In this document: positions 20,193 through 30,378 of the stretch, one piece after another
How positions within the stretch are numbered: position 1 is the first letter of the stretch
How the letters are laid out: each line of letters opens with the position of its first letter
Source: an uncultured Bacteriovoracaceae bacterium
Lineage (GTDB): Bacteria > Desulfobacterota > Desulfomonilia > UBA1062
Direction of reading: 5' to 3'
Length of the DNA stretch: 64,000 nt
NCBI GenBank assembly: GCA_964400685.1
Contig: CAYNVT010000002.1
Span: 25,870-89,869 of the forward strand
Position numbers and translations under genes: made by a program
The notes under the pieces: generated by a model
Databases searched by the model: none
The model's input: the letters and a program-made list of their open reading frames with translations, nothing else
Told to the model about the DNA's origin: nothing

Positions 20193-22004
20193 ATGGACGA
20201 GAATAGGACCGAAAATAAAGTGATGAATAGAAGATTAGATAAACTTGACGAATCTATGGTGTGCATGATGGTAGGTAGTGATCTAACCTATAGGGCTCAA
20301 GAAGGTCAGCTTAAACCCGTCATTGGCCGTAATGAGTCAGTCGATCATATTCTGGCACTGTTGTCTCGAAGGGGCATGAAGAATGTTATACTTACGGGGG
20401 ACCCCGGTGTTGGGAAAACAGTTCTAATCGAAGAAATCGCAAATCGGATTGCTAATGGTGATGTGCCGTCAACAATGTCAAAAGTTAGAATCATTCAGAC
20501 ATCTTTTTCCGAAATATGGGGTTATGTAGCAAATAGTGAAGATTGGGGAAAATATTTGAATACATTAAAGAAATTGTTGACCGAAATCCATGAAATGAAT
20601 GCCATTTTATTTATGGATGAAATTCATTCAATCTTTGGTCATCCATACAGCATGGCATATCTACGTCCATACCTTACCGAAGGGACATTGACTATTATCG
20701 GTGCAACTACTGACCATGAATATTATACATTTATAAATAAAGATCAAGCAACTGCAAGACGATTCGCTCATGTCCGAATCGAAGAAGCCAGTGAAACAAC
20801 TACAATCGCTATATTGGAAAAAGAATTATCCCAAATTGAATCCATATATGGATGTGGAATCGAGAATGAGGAAGTCATTAAATATCTTATAAAATTGAGC
20901 AACGCTTTCATTCCATACAGAAGTCAACCATCCAAAGCACTTGAAATTCTGGATCAAGTAGTTGTTTCCAAGTCAATCAGGAATGATACAAGTCCGATTG
21001 CGAAAGCTGATATACAGAAGGCCATAAGTCAAGCAGTCAATATACCCGAAGAGGCCATATCTGCACCGAAAGAGCGACTTGAAGCTATGGAGAATATACT
21101 AAATGCCCATATCCTGGGTCAGGAACAAGTTATTTCCAGGCTATGCAGGAGACTGTTGATATCAAAAGCTTCAGTTTGTGTAACGCCAGAACGTCCTGAT
21201 GGTGTCTTTATGCTGGCAGGTCCAACCGGGGTGGGAAAGACGGAATTGGCAAAGGCTCTTTCGACATACCTTACAGGAAGTGATAAAAATCTGATACGCT
21301 TGGACATGAGTGCTTTTTCTGGAGAGGAATCAATCTACTCGATCCTCGGTTATCCAGGGAAACAAGGTACTGATGATGTCCAGAACGTGCCCTTGCTGAC
21401 TCGCCAACTAAGAGCACAACCTTACTCGGTTCTGCTTTTAGATGAGATTGAAAAGGCACACAAAGTTGTGAGGTTGTTGTTCCTCCATGCATTCGATACA
21501 GGGAAGATGATTGATAACATAGGAAATGAAATCTTTCTTCGCAACACCGTTATTATTATGACGACAAACGTAGGTTTTTCGGTCAGGAAAGCAATCATAT
21601 CAATACCTGGACAAACTTTGGACAGGAATAATTTGGAATATGAGCATGCTGCAACGGAAAAAATAAAGGAAGAATTTCCTCAGGAATTTCTAGGTAGAAT
21701 TGATGATATCCTTTTCTTTAAACCGTTAACCAAAAATATTATGAACGGGTTTGTTGGGCAAAAGATACGCTGTTTGGAACAAATAACAGGCAAGAAATTG
21801 AATGCAACACAGAATGCAATCAAACTGATTTGCGAAAAAGGATTTCATCCTGAATATGGTGCTCGTGACTTGAATCGAGCCGTTGATGAGTTATTGGGTT
21901 ATAAACTGGCGCTTTTAAAGTTTTCTGTTGATTGGGATTCTATTTCAAGTATCAAAATTGATAGGTCAAAAACAAAGGATGAATTAAAATTAACAGCAAT
22001 ATAA
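20193..22004 (+). CDS. compact ClpA/ClpC-family AAA+ ATPase with two nucleotide-binding domains (603 aa)
   Basis: D1 Walker A GDPGVGKT. D2 Walker A GPTGVGKT. ClpP-docking tripeptide loop candidate TTNVGFSV. No large N-domain. Confidence 0.8.
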   Translation: MDENRTENKVMNRRLDKLDESMVCMMVGSDLTYRAQEGQLKPVIGRNESVDHILALLSRRGMKNVILTGDPGVGKTVLIEEIANRIANGDVPSTMSKVRIIQTSFSEIWGYVANSEDWGKYLNTLKKLLTEIHEMNAILFMDEIHSIFGHPYSMAYLRPYLTEGTLTIIGATTDHEYYTFINKDQATARRFAHVRIEEASETTTIAILEKELSQIESIYGCGIENEEVIKYLIKLSNAFIPYRSQPSKALEILDQVVVSKSIRNDTSPIAKADIQKAISQAVNIPEEAISAPKERLEAMENILNAHILGQEQVISRLCRRLLISKASVCVTPERPDGVFMLAGPTGVGKTELAKALSTYLTGSDKNLIRLDMSAFSGEESIYSILGYPGKQGTDDVQNVPLLTRQLRAQPYSVLLLDEIEKAHKVVRLLFLHAFDTGKMIDNIGNEIFLRNTVIIMTTNVGFSVRKAIISIPGQTLDRNNLEYEHAATEKIKEEFPQEFLGRIDDILFFKPLTKNIMNGFVGQKIRCLEQITGKKLNATQNAIKLICEKGFHPEYGARDLNRAVDELLGYKLALLKFSVDWDSISSIKIDRSKTKDELKLTAI

Positions 22005-22029
22005 TAGGCAAATAAGAGGAGATAAGTAT

Positions 22030-22563
22030 ATGAAATATGATGATATCAATCCGAAGAACATACTTTATAAGAATCGCATCCTTTTTCTTTCTGGTGATAT
22101 CAATCAGGAAAGGGCTTATGATATAATTCCAATGTTTATGGTTTTAGACAGCTTGGGTGAGGAACCGATAAAACTTTATGTTGACAGCCCCGGCGGCGAA
22201 ATGTCTGCCGGATTGGCAATTTACGATGCCATGCGATTTATAAAGGCGCCGGTTTACACAATATGCATCGGTCGAGCGGCTTCCATGGCAGCATGGATTC
22301 TTGCCGCAGGTGCAAAAGGAAACCGTATCGCTTCTGAAAATGCCCAGATAATGATACATCAGGGGCGTACTATGATGGGTGGTACATTTACCGATTTAAA
22401 AATCAGCATGAACGAATTTACCCGTATGGATCAACGTATGATAGATATTCTGTCAAAACATACAGGTCAAAGCCAGGATAACATTGCCAGAGCGCTTGAA
22501 CGGGATTGCTGGATGACCCCCAAGGAGGCAAAAGAATTTGGTATCATTGACTCAATTGTGTAA
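22030..22563 (+). CDS. clpP: ClpP-family serine protease
   Basis: GRAASMAAWIL (catalytic Ser), IMIHQG (His), ERDCWMTPKEAKEFGIIDSIV (Asp). RBS GAGGAGAtaagtatATG. Confidence 0.8.
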   Translation: MKYDDINPKNILYKNRILFLSGDINQERAYDIIPMFMVLDSLGEEPIKLYVDSPGGEMSAGLAIYDAMRFIKAPVYTICIGRAASMAAWILAAGAKGNRIASENAQIMIHQGRTMMGGTFTDLKISMNEFTRMDQRMIDILSKHTGQSQDNIARALERDCWMTPKEAKEFGIIDSIV

Positions 22564-22605
22564 GCATACGATTTGTAATAGAAATAGCAATAGGAGGTAC
22601 TGAAA

Positions 22606-23124
22606 ATGTCAATTCTAGTAGGTAATGAAATCCTGGCTGCAATAAAGCGAGGTGAAATTATCATTGACCCACTTGATGAATCTCAAGTCGGTCCCGGTTC
22701 TGTTGACCTTACTTTAGGGAATGATTTCAGGGTTTTCAGGAAACAGAGTAAGATCTATCATGTGCGTAATGAATCTGATTTTGCTGATGTCACTGAATTA
22801 GTTTCATTGGCGAGCGGGGATTATATCTCAATAAGCCCTGGTGAAATGATTCTGGGCATTACAAAGGAACGCATAACACTGAAGGAAACTATTGCCGGAT
22901 GGCTGGAAGGTCGCAGCCGTTTCGCCAGGTTTGGCCTGGCTGTTCATGTCACGGCAGGCTTTATGCAACCCGGCATTTCAAATCATCAGGTATTGGAGAT
23001 AGTTAATTTGGGCCATACGCCGCTGGCACTGTATCCGGGGACAAGAATCTGCCAGTTTATTTTTGAACGATGTGAGGGTTCGGCAAAATACCAGGGCAGA
23101 TTTGCTGATCAGGTAAAACCCTGA
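22606..23124 (+). CDS. dcd: dCTP deaminase
   Basis: N-terminal SILVGNEILAAIKRGEIIIDP ... VDLTLGN, typical of Dcd/dUTPase-fold deaminases. Confidence 0.75.
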   Translation: MSILVGNEILAAIKRGEIIIDPLDESQVGPGSVDLTLGNDFRVFRKQSKIYHVRNESDFADVTELVSLASGDYISISPGEMILGITKERITLKETIAGWLEGRSRFARFGLAVHVTAGFMQPGISNHQVLEIVNLGHTPLALYPGTRICQFIFERCEGSAKYQGRFADQVKP

Positions 23125-23149
23125 TAATTAAATTAATTCGGAGGGAGAT

Positions 23150-23767
23150 ATGAAAGATGGATCAAAAAAAATTGATTATGATAGTATCTTAAATAATATT
23201 CGAATTGATTTGTTTCCTTCAGAAAAGGAATGTGCTAACTATGCAAAATATGAACATCTTCCTGAATTTTTAAATAAGATTGATGAAAATGATTGGATAT
23301 CGGTCCTCAATCTATGTGATTTAAAAGAATTTAACCAACGGAATCTCGGATATGGACTTTTAAAAAAATTTAATTATGAGCCAATTAAAGATTTTGTAAT
23401 CAGACGCTTATCTAGCGATGATTTTTCTTTTAAAGATAAGGTTGCCTTGATATTTGTCCTCCTGGATTATGAAGGATTAGAATTAAAATATCATGAAAAA
23501 GCATTTCATATATTTAAAGAAAATAAAGATAAATTTATTGATCATATTAAGGATTGGTTAAATGGAATGAGTATAGTTGAGTATTGTAAATCAAGGATTA
23601 GTGGTGAAACGCCTAAGCCAAAAACCAAGCATTGGTTATACTTATACTGTTTACATCTGTCAAAAGAGATTGTTTGGGATATTTGTAAAAAAGAGACTTA
23701 TTTGAATGATATAGATGAAGTTGTAAAAAAAATGATTATAAAGTTAGATGATGAAATTGTTACTTAA
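23150..23767 (+). CDS. hypothetical protein (205 aa)
   Basis: RBS GGAGGGAGAtATG. K/N-rich with no motif. Confidence 0.5.
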   Translation: MKDGSKKIDYDSILNNIRIDLFPSEKECANYAKYEHLPEFLNKIDENDWISVLNLCDLKEFNQRNLGYGLLKKFNYEPIKDFVIRRLSSDDFSFKDKVALIFVLLDYEGLELKYHEKAFHIFKENKDKFIDHIKDWLNGMSIVEYCKSRISGETPKPKTKHWLYLYCLHLSKEIVWDICKKETYLNDIDEVVKKMIIKLDDEIVT

Positions 23768-23949
23768 TAATAACTAAGATTTTCATGCGTATTGAAATAT
23801 TATTTTACTAACTGACACTACAAATTTGTCTAAATAAATCTGATTTTATTCGGAATAATCGCGAAATCAAAAAGATACAATAATATAACATATAGATATT
23901 ATTATTATTCATGTTGGTATGTATATTGCTTAAAAGAATATAAAAAAAT

Positions 23950-24351
23950 ATGGGGAGCCAAAAGGTGAAGAATCTCCTGGTTGTTGATGATGAAGAAAAT
24001 TATAGGTTTTCTATTCAATTCGCATTGAAAAAGCATTACCAGATTTTTCTTGCCCGGAATATGGAAGAGGCATTGGAGATCCTGAAGCGAAATGATGTCA
24101 AGATAGACATGGCACTGATAGATATACGACTGGCAGCCGAGGATGATGAAAATATTGATGGTATAAAAATTCTTGAATGGATTCAAATGAATCAGGAAAA
24201 CATCGATGTGTTTATGATGAGTTCATACAAGGTATTTGACTATGGTATTAAGGCTTTGAACCTTGGCGCCAGACACTTTTTTGAAAAACCACTAGATATT
24301 ATATCACTGAAAACAATACTGAATGAAAAGAGTTCTTCTCATGGGGGATAA
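23950..24351 (+). CDS. single-domain response regulator (REC)
   Basis: LLVVDDEEN ... MALIDIRL ... receiver-domain motifs. Confidence 0.6.
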   Translation: MGSQKVKNLLVVDDEENYRFSIQFALKKHYQIFLARNMEEALEILKRNDVKIDMALIDIRLAAEDDENIDGIKILEWIQMNQENIDVFMMSSYKVFDYGIKALNLGARHFFEKPLDIISLKTILNEKSSSHGG

Positions 24352-25219
24352 CTATCTTCTGCAATTTATTGCAAATGGCTTGATCATGGGCTCTATTTAT
24401 GCGTTGACGGGTCTTGGTTTTTCATTAGTTTACAACACAACCCGTATTTTTCACATTGCATACGCTGCCCTTTTCACTGCGGGCGGGTATGCTTGTTATG
24501 TCTGTTCTGCCAAGGGCATCCCTTTTACACTTTCAATCAGTATTGCAGTAGTGGTCACATCATTTGCAGGTTTTCTAATAGAGAGAGCGGTTTATCGGCC
24601 TCTTTTTAAAAAAAATGCTTCTTTGGTCGTATATATAATCTCTTCCATTGGCGTTATGGCCCTACTTATAAATCTTATAGCTCTTGTTTGGGGAAATGAA
24701 GTGAAAATGCTAACATCCGGCATAAGTAGCGTTATAAATATTCACGGATTGACCTTTTCGATCATGCAGATTTACCAGTTGATATATTCTATTGTATGCA
24801 TCATCGCTGTGATGTCTTTAATAAGATATACAAAGGCCGGTATTTTTTTACGATCGATGAGGGATGATACGGACCTGGCAATGACTTTCGGATTGGACAT
24901 TTTCCGAATGCGGTCATATATTTTCATCATAAGCTCTGCCCTTGTTGGCCTTGCTGGTGGGCTTGTAGGTTATGACGTAGGCATAACCCCTTTTGGAGGT
25001 ATGGATATTCTACTTATATCCTTGGTAGCCCTGATAATAGGAGGAATCGGGCATTTCGAAGGGGTTATCCTGGGAGGATTCCTGTTAGGAATCATTCAAT
25101 CTTTAATCGCATATCAATTGTCGATAAAGTGGTCCGGAGCAACCGTATTCATAATACTGGTTGTTTTCTTAATTCTCAAACCTCAAGGTTTATTCGGCCG
25201 GAAAGCAAGGGAGATTTAA
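24323..25219 (+). CDS. livH: branched-chain amino acid ABC transporter permease (LivH-like)
   Basis: Conserved N-terminal LLQFIANGLIMGSIYALTGLGFSLVY and multi-TM topology. True start is probably an internal Met near 24341. Confidence 0.75.
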   Translation: MKRVLLMGDNYLLQFIANGLIMGSIYALTGLGFSLVYNTTRIFHIAYAALFTAGGYACYVCSAKGIPFTLSISIAVVVTSFAGFLIERAVYRPLFKKNASLVVYIISSIGVMALLINLIALVWGNEVKMLTSGISSVINIHGLTFSIMQIYQLIYSIVCIIAVMSLIRYTKAGIFLRSMRDDTDLAMTFGLDIFRMRSYIFIISSALVGLAGGLVGYDVGITPFGGMDILLISLVALIIGGIGHFEGVILGGFLLGIIQSLIAYQLSIKWSGATVFIILVVFLILKPQGLFGRKAREI

Positions 25220-26094
25220 TGAATTATCTTCTTCATCTGCTGATCATGATGAACATATATTTACCATTGATTCTAGGAATGAACCTTCTTGCAGGCTATT
25301 CAAACATGATCTCCATGTGTCAGGGGGCCTTCTATGGCATAGGGGCTTATATAACGGCAATTGTCATTGTTAAAATGAACTTGGGTTTTATGCCTGCAAT
25401 ATCTCTTGTCTGCCTCGGTGCGATTTTGTTCAGTCTTGTCATTTCCCTGCCGTCATTGAAGCTGCATGGTGACTATTTTGTTCTTGCAACACTCGCTTTC
25501 ATGATGGTTACATTTTCGATAATGTATAATTGGATACCTGTAACTAACGGACCTTATGGAATATCAGGGATTCCAAGACCCACTCTGCTGGGCATCGTCA
25601 AGATTGACACGATAGGCGCTTTCGCTCTCTTATCATCGATGGTTTCTGTATTAATGGTAATTGTTTTCAGGGCATTGGTTCATTCTCCTTTTGGAAGGGT
25701 TCTTCAGGCAATACGTGATGATGAAACACTTGTGGAAAGTTCAGGGCGGAACATTTTCCATTTCAAAGTATTTGCATTCGCCATCTCGGCAGTCATGTCT
25801 GCAATAGCCGGTTTTATGTTTGCTACCTACATGACATATATAGATCCTTCCAGTTTCACACTTGATGAGTCAATCTTTATATTGAGTGCTGCGATTATTG
25901 GAGGGACAGGAAATATAATCGGTTCAATAGTAGCTGTCTTATTTATAATATCTATCCCTGAATTGATTAGACTGATCCAGTTCCCTGATGCTATAGCGCC
26001 CAATATCAGGCAAATAATATACGGGTTGATTTTGATCCTGCTCATGTATTTCAGACCAAAAGGCCTCTTGGGAAAGCACGAGTTTGGAAAATGA
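25219..26094 (+). CDS. livM: branched-chain amino acid ABC transporter permease (LivM-like)
   Basis: TAATG overlap with livH. Multi-TM. Followed directly by the ATPase genes. Confidence 0.75.
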   Translation: MNYLLHLLIMMNIYLPLILGMNLLAGYSNMISMCQGAFYGIGAYITAIVIVKMNLGFMPAISLVCLGAILFSLVISLPSLKLHGDYFVLATLAFMMVTFSIMYNWIPVTNGPYGISGIPRPTLLGIVKIDTIGAFALLSSMVSVLMVIVFRALVHSPFGRVLQAIRDDETLVESSGRNIFHFKVFAFAISAVMSAIAGFMFATYMTYIDPSSFTLDESIFILSAAIIGGTGNIIGSIVAVLFIISIPELIRLIQFPDAIAPNIRQIIYGLILILLMYFRPKGLLGKHEFGK

Positions 26095-27071
26095 AAGGGG
26101 AAACCATTCTCGAAATCAATGATATTTCCAAAAGGTTCTTTGGAATGAAGCCGGAAGAATCCTTCTGGGTCTTGAATGAGATAGATATAAGCATACGACG
26201 GGGTAAAATAAGCGCCCTTATCGGATCTAACGGCGCTGGAAAAACAACACTTTTCAACATCATATCAGGGTTTCTGCACCCTGACGCCGGAAGCATTGTT
26301 TTTTTTAATTCAGCAGGTGATTCCCATTGCTTTGTCAATGCATCAGACAATAAATCAAAACGTTCTTTGTCTATTCCTCCTCACAGGATTGCAGCTCTCG
26401 GAATCGGCAGACTATTCCAGGATGTAAAAATGTATCCCCATTTAAGTCTGATTGAAAATATAATCATGGGTTCACAAAACAGACTTGGGGAATACCCTTT
26501 TTCTTATTATAAGAAAAAAAATAGAAAAATTGAATATGAAAGATTACATAAGGCTATTCGCATTGCAGATCAAGTCATGGGTGATTCCTTATCTGAAGAA
26601 ATACCAGATTTACAACCAACTCAAAGCATACAGCATAAGCCCAAGTTCTGGCCTTATAATAAATACATCACATGGAAGAATAGCTATAATAACTATGGTG
26701 ACATATTTGTGAATCCTATTTTCAGCTCTATTCACAATGATGTACTTTTGAGAAACGCCGGTGAATTTTCTTTCGGCCAGCAACGACTAATTGCACTGGC
26801 AGGCCTGTTCATGGGGGAATACGATCTGCTTCTTCTCGACGAACCGACCGCGGGAGTTAATCCAAAGATAATCAACAAAATATTGAAAATGATACGGCAT
26901 TATGTTGATGCATTCGGAAAAACCGTTATCATGATTGAGCATAACATGGAAGCTGTGCTTCAAATCGCAGATGACTGCTATTTCATGGATGACGGGTATA
27001 TTAAACATTTCGGTTCTCCGGCAGATATATTGGGAAACCCAAAAGTCAGGAGAGAATATCTTGGAGTCTGA
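26091..27071 (+). CDS. livG: ABC transporter ATP-binding protein (LivG-like) with ~70-aa insertion
   Basis: Walker A GSNGAGKTT, signature FSFGQQRLIALAG, Walker B LLLLDEPTAG. K/N-rich insertion between Walker A and the signature motif. Confidence 0.75.
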   Translation: MKGETILEINDISKRFFGMKPEESFWVLNEIDISIRRGKISALIGSNGAGKTTLFNIISGFLHPDAGSIVFFNSAGDSHCFVNASDNKSKRSLSIPPHRIAALGIGRLFQDVKMYPHLSLIENIIMGSQNRLGEYPFSYYKKKNRKIEYERLHKAIRIADQVMGDSLSEEIPDLQPTQSIQHKPKFWPYNKYITWKNSYNNYGDIFVNPIFSSIHNDVLLRNAGEFSFGQQRLIALAGLFMGEYDLLLLDEPTAGVNPKIINKILKMIRHYVDAFGKTVIMIEHNMEAVLQIADDCYFMDDGYIKHFGSPADILGNPKVRREYLGV

Positions 27072-27072
27072 A

Positions 27073-27834
27073 ATGAATGCCATGGAGATTACTGGACTGA
27101 CAGTTGGTTACAACAAGCGCTCAGTACTGAAGGAGCTCAACCTAAACGTTGAACAGGGTAAAATGATAGCGATTGTTGGACAGAACGGCGCTGGAAAATC
27201 AACGTTTATAAAATCTGTAATGGGATTTGTTCGGCCTTCATATGGCGTTATTAAACTCTTTGGAGAGGATTTAACATCTGGACAGGTAAAAGATAAAATC
27301 AAAAAAGGAATCTATTACTTTATGCAGGGTGGGAAAATATTCCCTTCACTAACAGTTATGGAAAATCTGCTTTTTGCAGGTCACACCATTGATAAAAATA
27401 ATCTGGAATTAAGGATAAATGCAATTCTCAAACTAATTTTTTCTGATAGTGAACAGGAAACAATCCAGGATGGGAAAACCACAAAGGCGCAGTTTTTGAA
27501 AAAAAATGCAACAACCTTGAGCGGCGGAGAAAGACACAAGTTAGCAATTGCCATGGTGCTTTTAAATTATCCAAGGATGTTGCTTCTTGATGAACCTTCT
27601 GCGGGTCTTGCTCCGCAGGATGCAAAGAAAATGTACGATATCCTGAATTCTTACAGAACTGAGCGTCAGATGACAATTATTCTGGTCGAACAGAATGTCA
27701 AGCTTGCTGCTGAAAACAGCGACGAGATGCATCTTTTAATGGGTGGCAGTATTTTACGATCAGTGAGTTGTACAGAACTGAAGTCTTATGACGGTAATAT
27801 TGACATGCAGAAACTGGATAAATTCTTCTTTTAA
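27073..27834 (+). CDS. livF: ABC transporter ATP-binding protein (LivF-like)
   Basis: Walker A GQNGAGKST, signature LSGGERHKLAIAM, Walker B LLLDEPSAG. Start set at the ATG just after the livG stop. The track's upstream extension overlaps livG. Confidence 0.75.
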   Translation: MNAMEITGLTVGYNKRSVLKELNLNVEQGKMIAIVGQNGAGKSTFIKSVMGFVRPSYGVIKLFGEDLTSGQVKDKIKKGIYYFMQGGKIFPSLTVMENLLFAGHTIDKNNLELRINAILKLIFSDSEQETIQDGKTTKAQFLKKNATTLSGGERHKLAIAMVLLNYPRMLLLDEPSAGLAPQDAKKMYDILNSYRTERQMTIILVEQNVKLAAENSDEMHLLMGGSILRSVSCTELKSYDGNIDMQKLDKFFF

Positions 27835-27843
27835 CGGAGCTAT

Positions 27844-29160
27844 ATGAGAATATTATTAGTAAACCCTTATTCATCCTATAAAGCATCTGGAATGAGGTTC
27901 CAGTTGCCGAACCCTGCTTTAGCTTCATTAACTGCCGTATTGAAGGAGGCAGGATTTTTATTGGATTTGTGCGATTTTAATATTTTTGAAAATCCAATGA
28001 TCGGTCACATTGAGAACTATCTTGAAGATAATAATTATTGTGCGGTTGGGATAAGTGTTAGTATCGATACGCTGGAATTCACATCTGGGATTATCAGAAA
28101 AATAAAGAAAATAAATCCCGATTTGCCTGTAGTTATCGGTGGAGTACCCCTTAAATATCAACCTGAGCTGTGGATGAATGAGACAGGAGCCGATATTGGG
28201 GTTATTGGTGAGGGTGAACAGACTGCACCTGAATTATTTACTGCGCTACATAACAAAGTGAACATATCGAACATAAATGGTATTATTTATAAAGAGGACA
28301 ATCAATTATTAGTAACTCCGCAGAGATTGATTTTAACTAGTTTGAACTGCCTGCCGATTTCAGATTATTCACTCTTCGATTTGAAGTCATATTTTTCCAG
28401 TCAGTTCAGCAGGTGGTTATTTAATAATCTGAAAGGTTTTTATGTCATGACTTCAAGAGGGTGTGTGTATAACTGCCATTTCTGCTCCTCTATAGGAGGC
28501 ATAAGGGCACTGACATCCGAGAGGGTAGCGCAGGAAGTATCCATGATTGTCGAAAAATACAAGCTTGAGTCTGTTTTTTTGCGTGATGACATTTTTACAT
28601 ACGATCAGAAAAGGGTGTATGAAATTTCAGAAAAACTAGGAGAGATGAATATACAATGGTTATGCATGTCCCGGCCCAACCTGTTATGTAGGGCAGGTGA
28701 TAAAGACCTCATTATGTATATGGCAAAAAACGATTGTCGAACAATAATGATGGGTATTGAGAGTTATAATCAGGATATTCTTGATAGAAACATGAAAAAA
28801 ATTAATGTGGATGATATTGACAGGGCAATTGATAATTGCCAGTCTGCCGGAATTCGTGTAATTGGCTTCATACTTTTTGGGCTGCCGGGAGAAACAGAAG
28901 AAACCATCAGGAACACGCTTGAATTCATAAAGAAAACCAATATTGATGTATCAGCAAACATACTGCAACCTCTTCCAGGTTCAAAGATTTATGAAGATGC
29001 CATAATTTCCGGGAAGATAAAAAATGAAGTTCAATATCTGAAGGATTTTCATTTGTTTTGGGACAGGGAAGGGGAATATCTGCCTGTAAACATGACATTC
29101 CTTCCGGATAATGTTATTTTAAATGCAGCAAATGAAGCTCAATGCTTTAAAAATAAATAA
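27844..29160 (+). CDS. B12-binding domain radical SAM protein
   Basis: N-terminal B12-binding-like region. Radical SAM motif CVYNCHFCSS (Cx3Cx2C). Confidence 0.7.
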   Translation: MRILLVNPYSSYKASGMRFQLPNPALASLTAVLKEAGFLLDLCDFNIFENPMIGHIENYLEDNNYCAVGISVSIDTLEFTSGIIRKIKKINPDLPVVIGGVPLKYQPELWMNETGADIGVIGEGEQTAPELFTALHNKVNISNINGIIYKEDNQLLVTPQRLILTSLNCLPISDYSLFDLKSYFSSQFSRWLFNNLKGFYVMTSRGCVYNCHFCSSIGGIRALTSERVAQEVSMIVEKYKLESVFLRDDIFTYDQKRVYEISEKLGEMNIQWLCMSRPNLLCRAGDKDLIMYMAKNDCRTIMMGIESYNQDILDRNMKKINVDDIDRAIDNCQSAGIRVIGFILFGLPGETEETIRNTLEFIKKTNIDVSANILQPLPGSKIYEDAIISGKIKNEVQYLKDFHLFWDREGEYLPVNMTFLPDNVILNAANEAQCFKNK

Positions 29161-29177
29161 AAATAAGAGGTGTAGCA

Positions 29178-30278
29178 ATGGAAAACAAATTAAAAAAAAT
29201 CATGTTCTTACTTTTAATATGTACAGTCATGATCATTTCCTGTAGTGGCGGTCAGAAAAAGGATAACACAGTCAAGCTGGGGGCAATAATTCCATTGACT
29301 GGTCCAATTGCTCCTATTGGCGAGTTAATGAAAAGCGGTCTCGAACTTGCCAAAGAGGAAATCAATTCACAAAGCGCGCAAACGGGCTTAAAGGTAGAAA
29401 TTGTTTACGGTGATAACAAAGGTTTGCCAAAAGATGCTGTTTCTCAAATTCAAAAACAGATAAGCATTGATAAAATAAAATATTTCATTGTGAGTCCTAC
29501 TCCTGCCTGCATGGCTGTTGCCCCTATCGTTGACAAGGAAAAGGTCATAATGTTTGCCGGTTCGCTGCACCCTTATATTACAGAGCAGAGTAAATATATT
29601 TACCGAACGACCGTAAGTAATGCCGAAGTTGATGAATTGATAGCCAGGTATGCAGAAAAGAATAATTTTAAAAATATTGCTGTCATCTACGTGGAGGATG
29701 ACTTTGGTCAATCATCACTGCAATACTTTAAAAAGGTTTTCAAAGGTAATGTTATAGCAGAAGAACCATACAGCGAAAAAGACAGTGATTTCAGGGAACA
29801 GATATTAAAGATTAAAAAGGCAAATCCTGATGCAATTTTAACTTATGGTTATGGTACTGCTTATCCGATTATTTTAAAACAAATGGTGGAATACAATATA
29901 AATTTGCCAATCCTATCTGATACATCTATGGCCAACCCTCCGGTTCAGGCAGTAATAAACCAATTGCCACAGGCTTTTACAGACAGAATAGTGTTTGCAG
30001 CGCCTCTGTTCAGCAAGAGGTTTGTTGAACTTACAAGAGAGAAATTTTCCAAAGAGGCGAATTTGAATTATGCTTTTACTTATGATTTTGTTAAAATTGT
30101 TTCACAAGCCATTGAAAAAAATGGCAATGATGTCGAAAAAGTAAGGCAATACATTAATAATTTGAAAGATTTTACAGGCGCTGCAGAAAAGATCACTTTC
30201 CTGCCGAACAGAGACACTCGATCTGCTGTAAGACTTATGAAAATGAAGAATGGAAAGATCGTGGAGTTGGATTCTTGA
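29178..30278 (+). CDS. ABC transporter substrate-binding lipoprotein (Liv/amide-type periplasmic binding fold)
   Basis: Signal peptide with LICTVMIISCSG lipobox. Periplasmic binding-protein-like sequence. Last gene of the ABC operon. Confidence 0.65.
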   Translation: MENKLKKIMFLLLICTVMIISCSGGQKKDNTVKLGAIIPLTGPIAPIGELMKSGLELAKEEINSQSAQTGLKVEIVYGDNKGLPKDAVSQIQKQISIDKIKYFIVSPTPACMAVAPIVDKEKVIMFAGSLHPYITEQSKYIYRTTVSNAEVDELIARYAEKNNFKNIAVIYVEDDFGQSSLQYFKKVFKGNVIAEEPYSEKDSDFREQILKIKKANPDAILTYGYGTAYPIILKQMVEYNINLPILSDTSMANPPVQAVINQLPQAFTDRIVFAAPLFSKRFVELTREKFSKEANLNYAFTYDFVKIVSQAIEKNGNDVEKVRQYINNLKDFTGAAEKITFLPNRDTRSAVRLMKMKNGKIVELDS

Positions 30279-30302
30279 TAAGATATTTTTATTGATGCCT
30301 GT

Positions 30303-30333
30303 CAAGAGCTCATCCATAAAAGATGAGCTCTTG
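30303..30333. terminator. perfect 12-bp inverted repeat hairpin (CAAGAGCTCATC-N7-GATGAGCTCTTG) between the ABC operon and the AT-rich island
   Basis: Read directly. 25 nt after the SBP stop. No obvious T-tract, so it could instead be an operator palindrome. Confidence 0.4.
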
Positions 30334-30378
30334 AAATATAACTGCAGCTTGGATAACTATTATGGAGGTTAGTTGAAT

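Noticed and set aside
26935-27072. Upstream extension of the livF ORF starting at 26935
   Set aside because: It overlaps the 3' end of livG in another frame. The ATG at 27073 directly follows the livG stop and precedes the Walker A region at canonical distance.
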